A stretch of 64,000 nucleotides of DNA, from positions 62,001 to 126,000 of the forward strand of contig JASTWF010000360.1 in the NCBI GenBank assembly GCA_030390025.1, given 5' to 3'. Positions within the stretch are counted from its first letter, which is position 1. Each line of letters begins with the position of its first letter. The translations under genes were made by a program, and so were the position numbers. The notes beneath the pieces are model-generated. The model was not told the origin of the DNA. It ran no database searches and worked only from the letters and a program-made list of their open reading frames with translations. This document shows positions 63,001 through 64,000 of this stretch, one piece after another. The stretch is from Squalus acanthias (Eukaryota).

Positions 63001-64000
63001 CAGGCTCACAATGTACTGATTGACCAGCACTGAGAGAGGGACAGGCTCACAATGTACTGATTGACCAGCACTGAGAGAGGGACAGACTCACAATGTACTG
63101 ATTGGACAGCACTGAGAGAGGGACAGGCTCACAATGTACTGATTGGGCAGCACTGAGAGAGGGACAGACTCACAATGTACTGATTGGGCAGCACTGAGAG
63201 GGGGACAGGCTCACAATGTACTGATTGGGTAGCACTGAGAGAGGGACAGGCTCACAATGTACTGATTGGGCAGCACTGAGAGAGGGACAGACTCACAATG
63301 TACTGATTGGGCATCACTGAGAGAGGGACAGGTTCACAATGTACTGATTGGGTATCACTGAGAGAGGGACAGACTCACAATGCACTGATTGGGCAGCACT
63401 GAGAGAGGGACAGGCTCACAATGTACTGATTGGGCAGCACTGAGAGAGGGACAGGCTCACAATGTACTGATTGGGAAGCACTGAGAGAGGGACAGGCTAA
63501 CAGTGCACTGATTGGGCAGCACTGAGTGAGGGACAGACTCAGAATGTACTGATTGGGCAGCACTGAGAGAGGGACAGGCTCACAATGTACTGATTGGGCA
63601 GCACTGAGAGAGGGACAGGCTAACAGTGCACTGATTGGGCAGCACTGAGAGAGGGACAGGCTCACAATGTACTGATTGGGCAGCACTGAGAGAGGGACAG
63701 GCTCACAATGTACTGATTGGGCAGCACTGAGAGAGGGACAGGCTCACAATGTACTGATTGGGCAGCACTGAGAGAGGGACAGGCTCACAATGTACTGATT
63801 GGGCAGCACTGAGAGAGGGACAGACTCACAATGTACTGATTGGGCAGCACTGAGAGAGGGACAGGCTCACAATGTACTGATTGGGCAGCACTGAGAGAGG
63901 GACAGGCTCACAATGTACTGATTGGGCAGCACTGAGAGAGGGACAGGCTCACAATGTACTGATTGACCAGCACTGAGAGAGGGACAGACTCACAATGTAC
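33075..64000. repeat. 41-bp tandem satellite, right arm (~750 monomers, runs off the window)
   Basis: Same monomer and orientation as the left arm, resuming in register after the LTR. Confidence 0.99.

Noticed and set aside
5048..63686. Dozens of 60-112 aa ORFs in the satellite (MLPNQYIV..., MGSTERGT...)
   Set aside because: They are translations of the 41-bp repeat opened by point variants, mostly with non-ATG starts. Used only as positional markers.
5184..64000. CRISPR-like array
   Set aside because: Monomers are contiguous with no unique spacers, there are no cas genes, and the context is eukaryotic.

Overview
Eukaryotic (vertebrate, probably cartilaginous-fish-type) genomic DNA with three main components. 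(1) A minus-strand NLR-family NACHT exon (3036-4773) with intact splice sites, interrupted by one in-frame TGA. (2) A very long 41-bp tandem satellite from ~5184 to the window end (~1,200 monomers), with a 2411-bp/59-monomer higher-order repeat and a central stretch that looks homogenised or consensus-collapsed. (3) A young, intact Ty3/Gypsy LTR retrotransposon inserted in the satellite as a head-to-tail dimer (LTR-int-LTR-int-LTR, 24475-33074), with 194-bp LTRs, a single 5-bp TSD (CAATG) and two identical 1312-aa Gag-Pol ORFs. The element has two unusual traits. It lacks a tRNA-type PBS: the 11 nt at the PBS position are the exact reverse complement of an 11-nt segment in its own LTR, suggesting self-priming or poly(A)-signal masking. 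Its RT motif reads YLDN instead of YxDD. The first ~2.3 kb probably holds degraded transposon sequence (low confidence).
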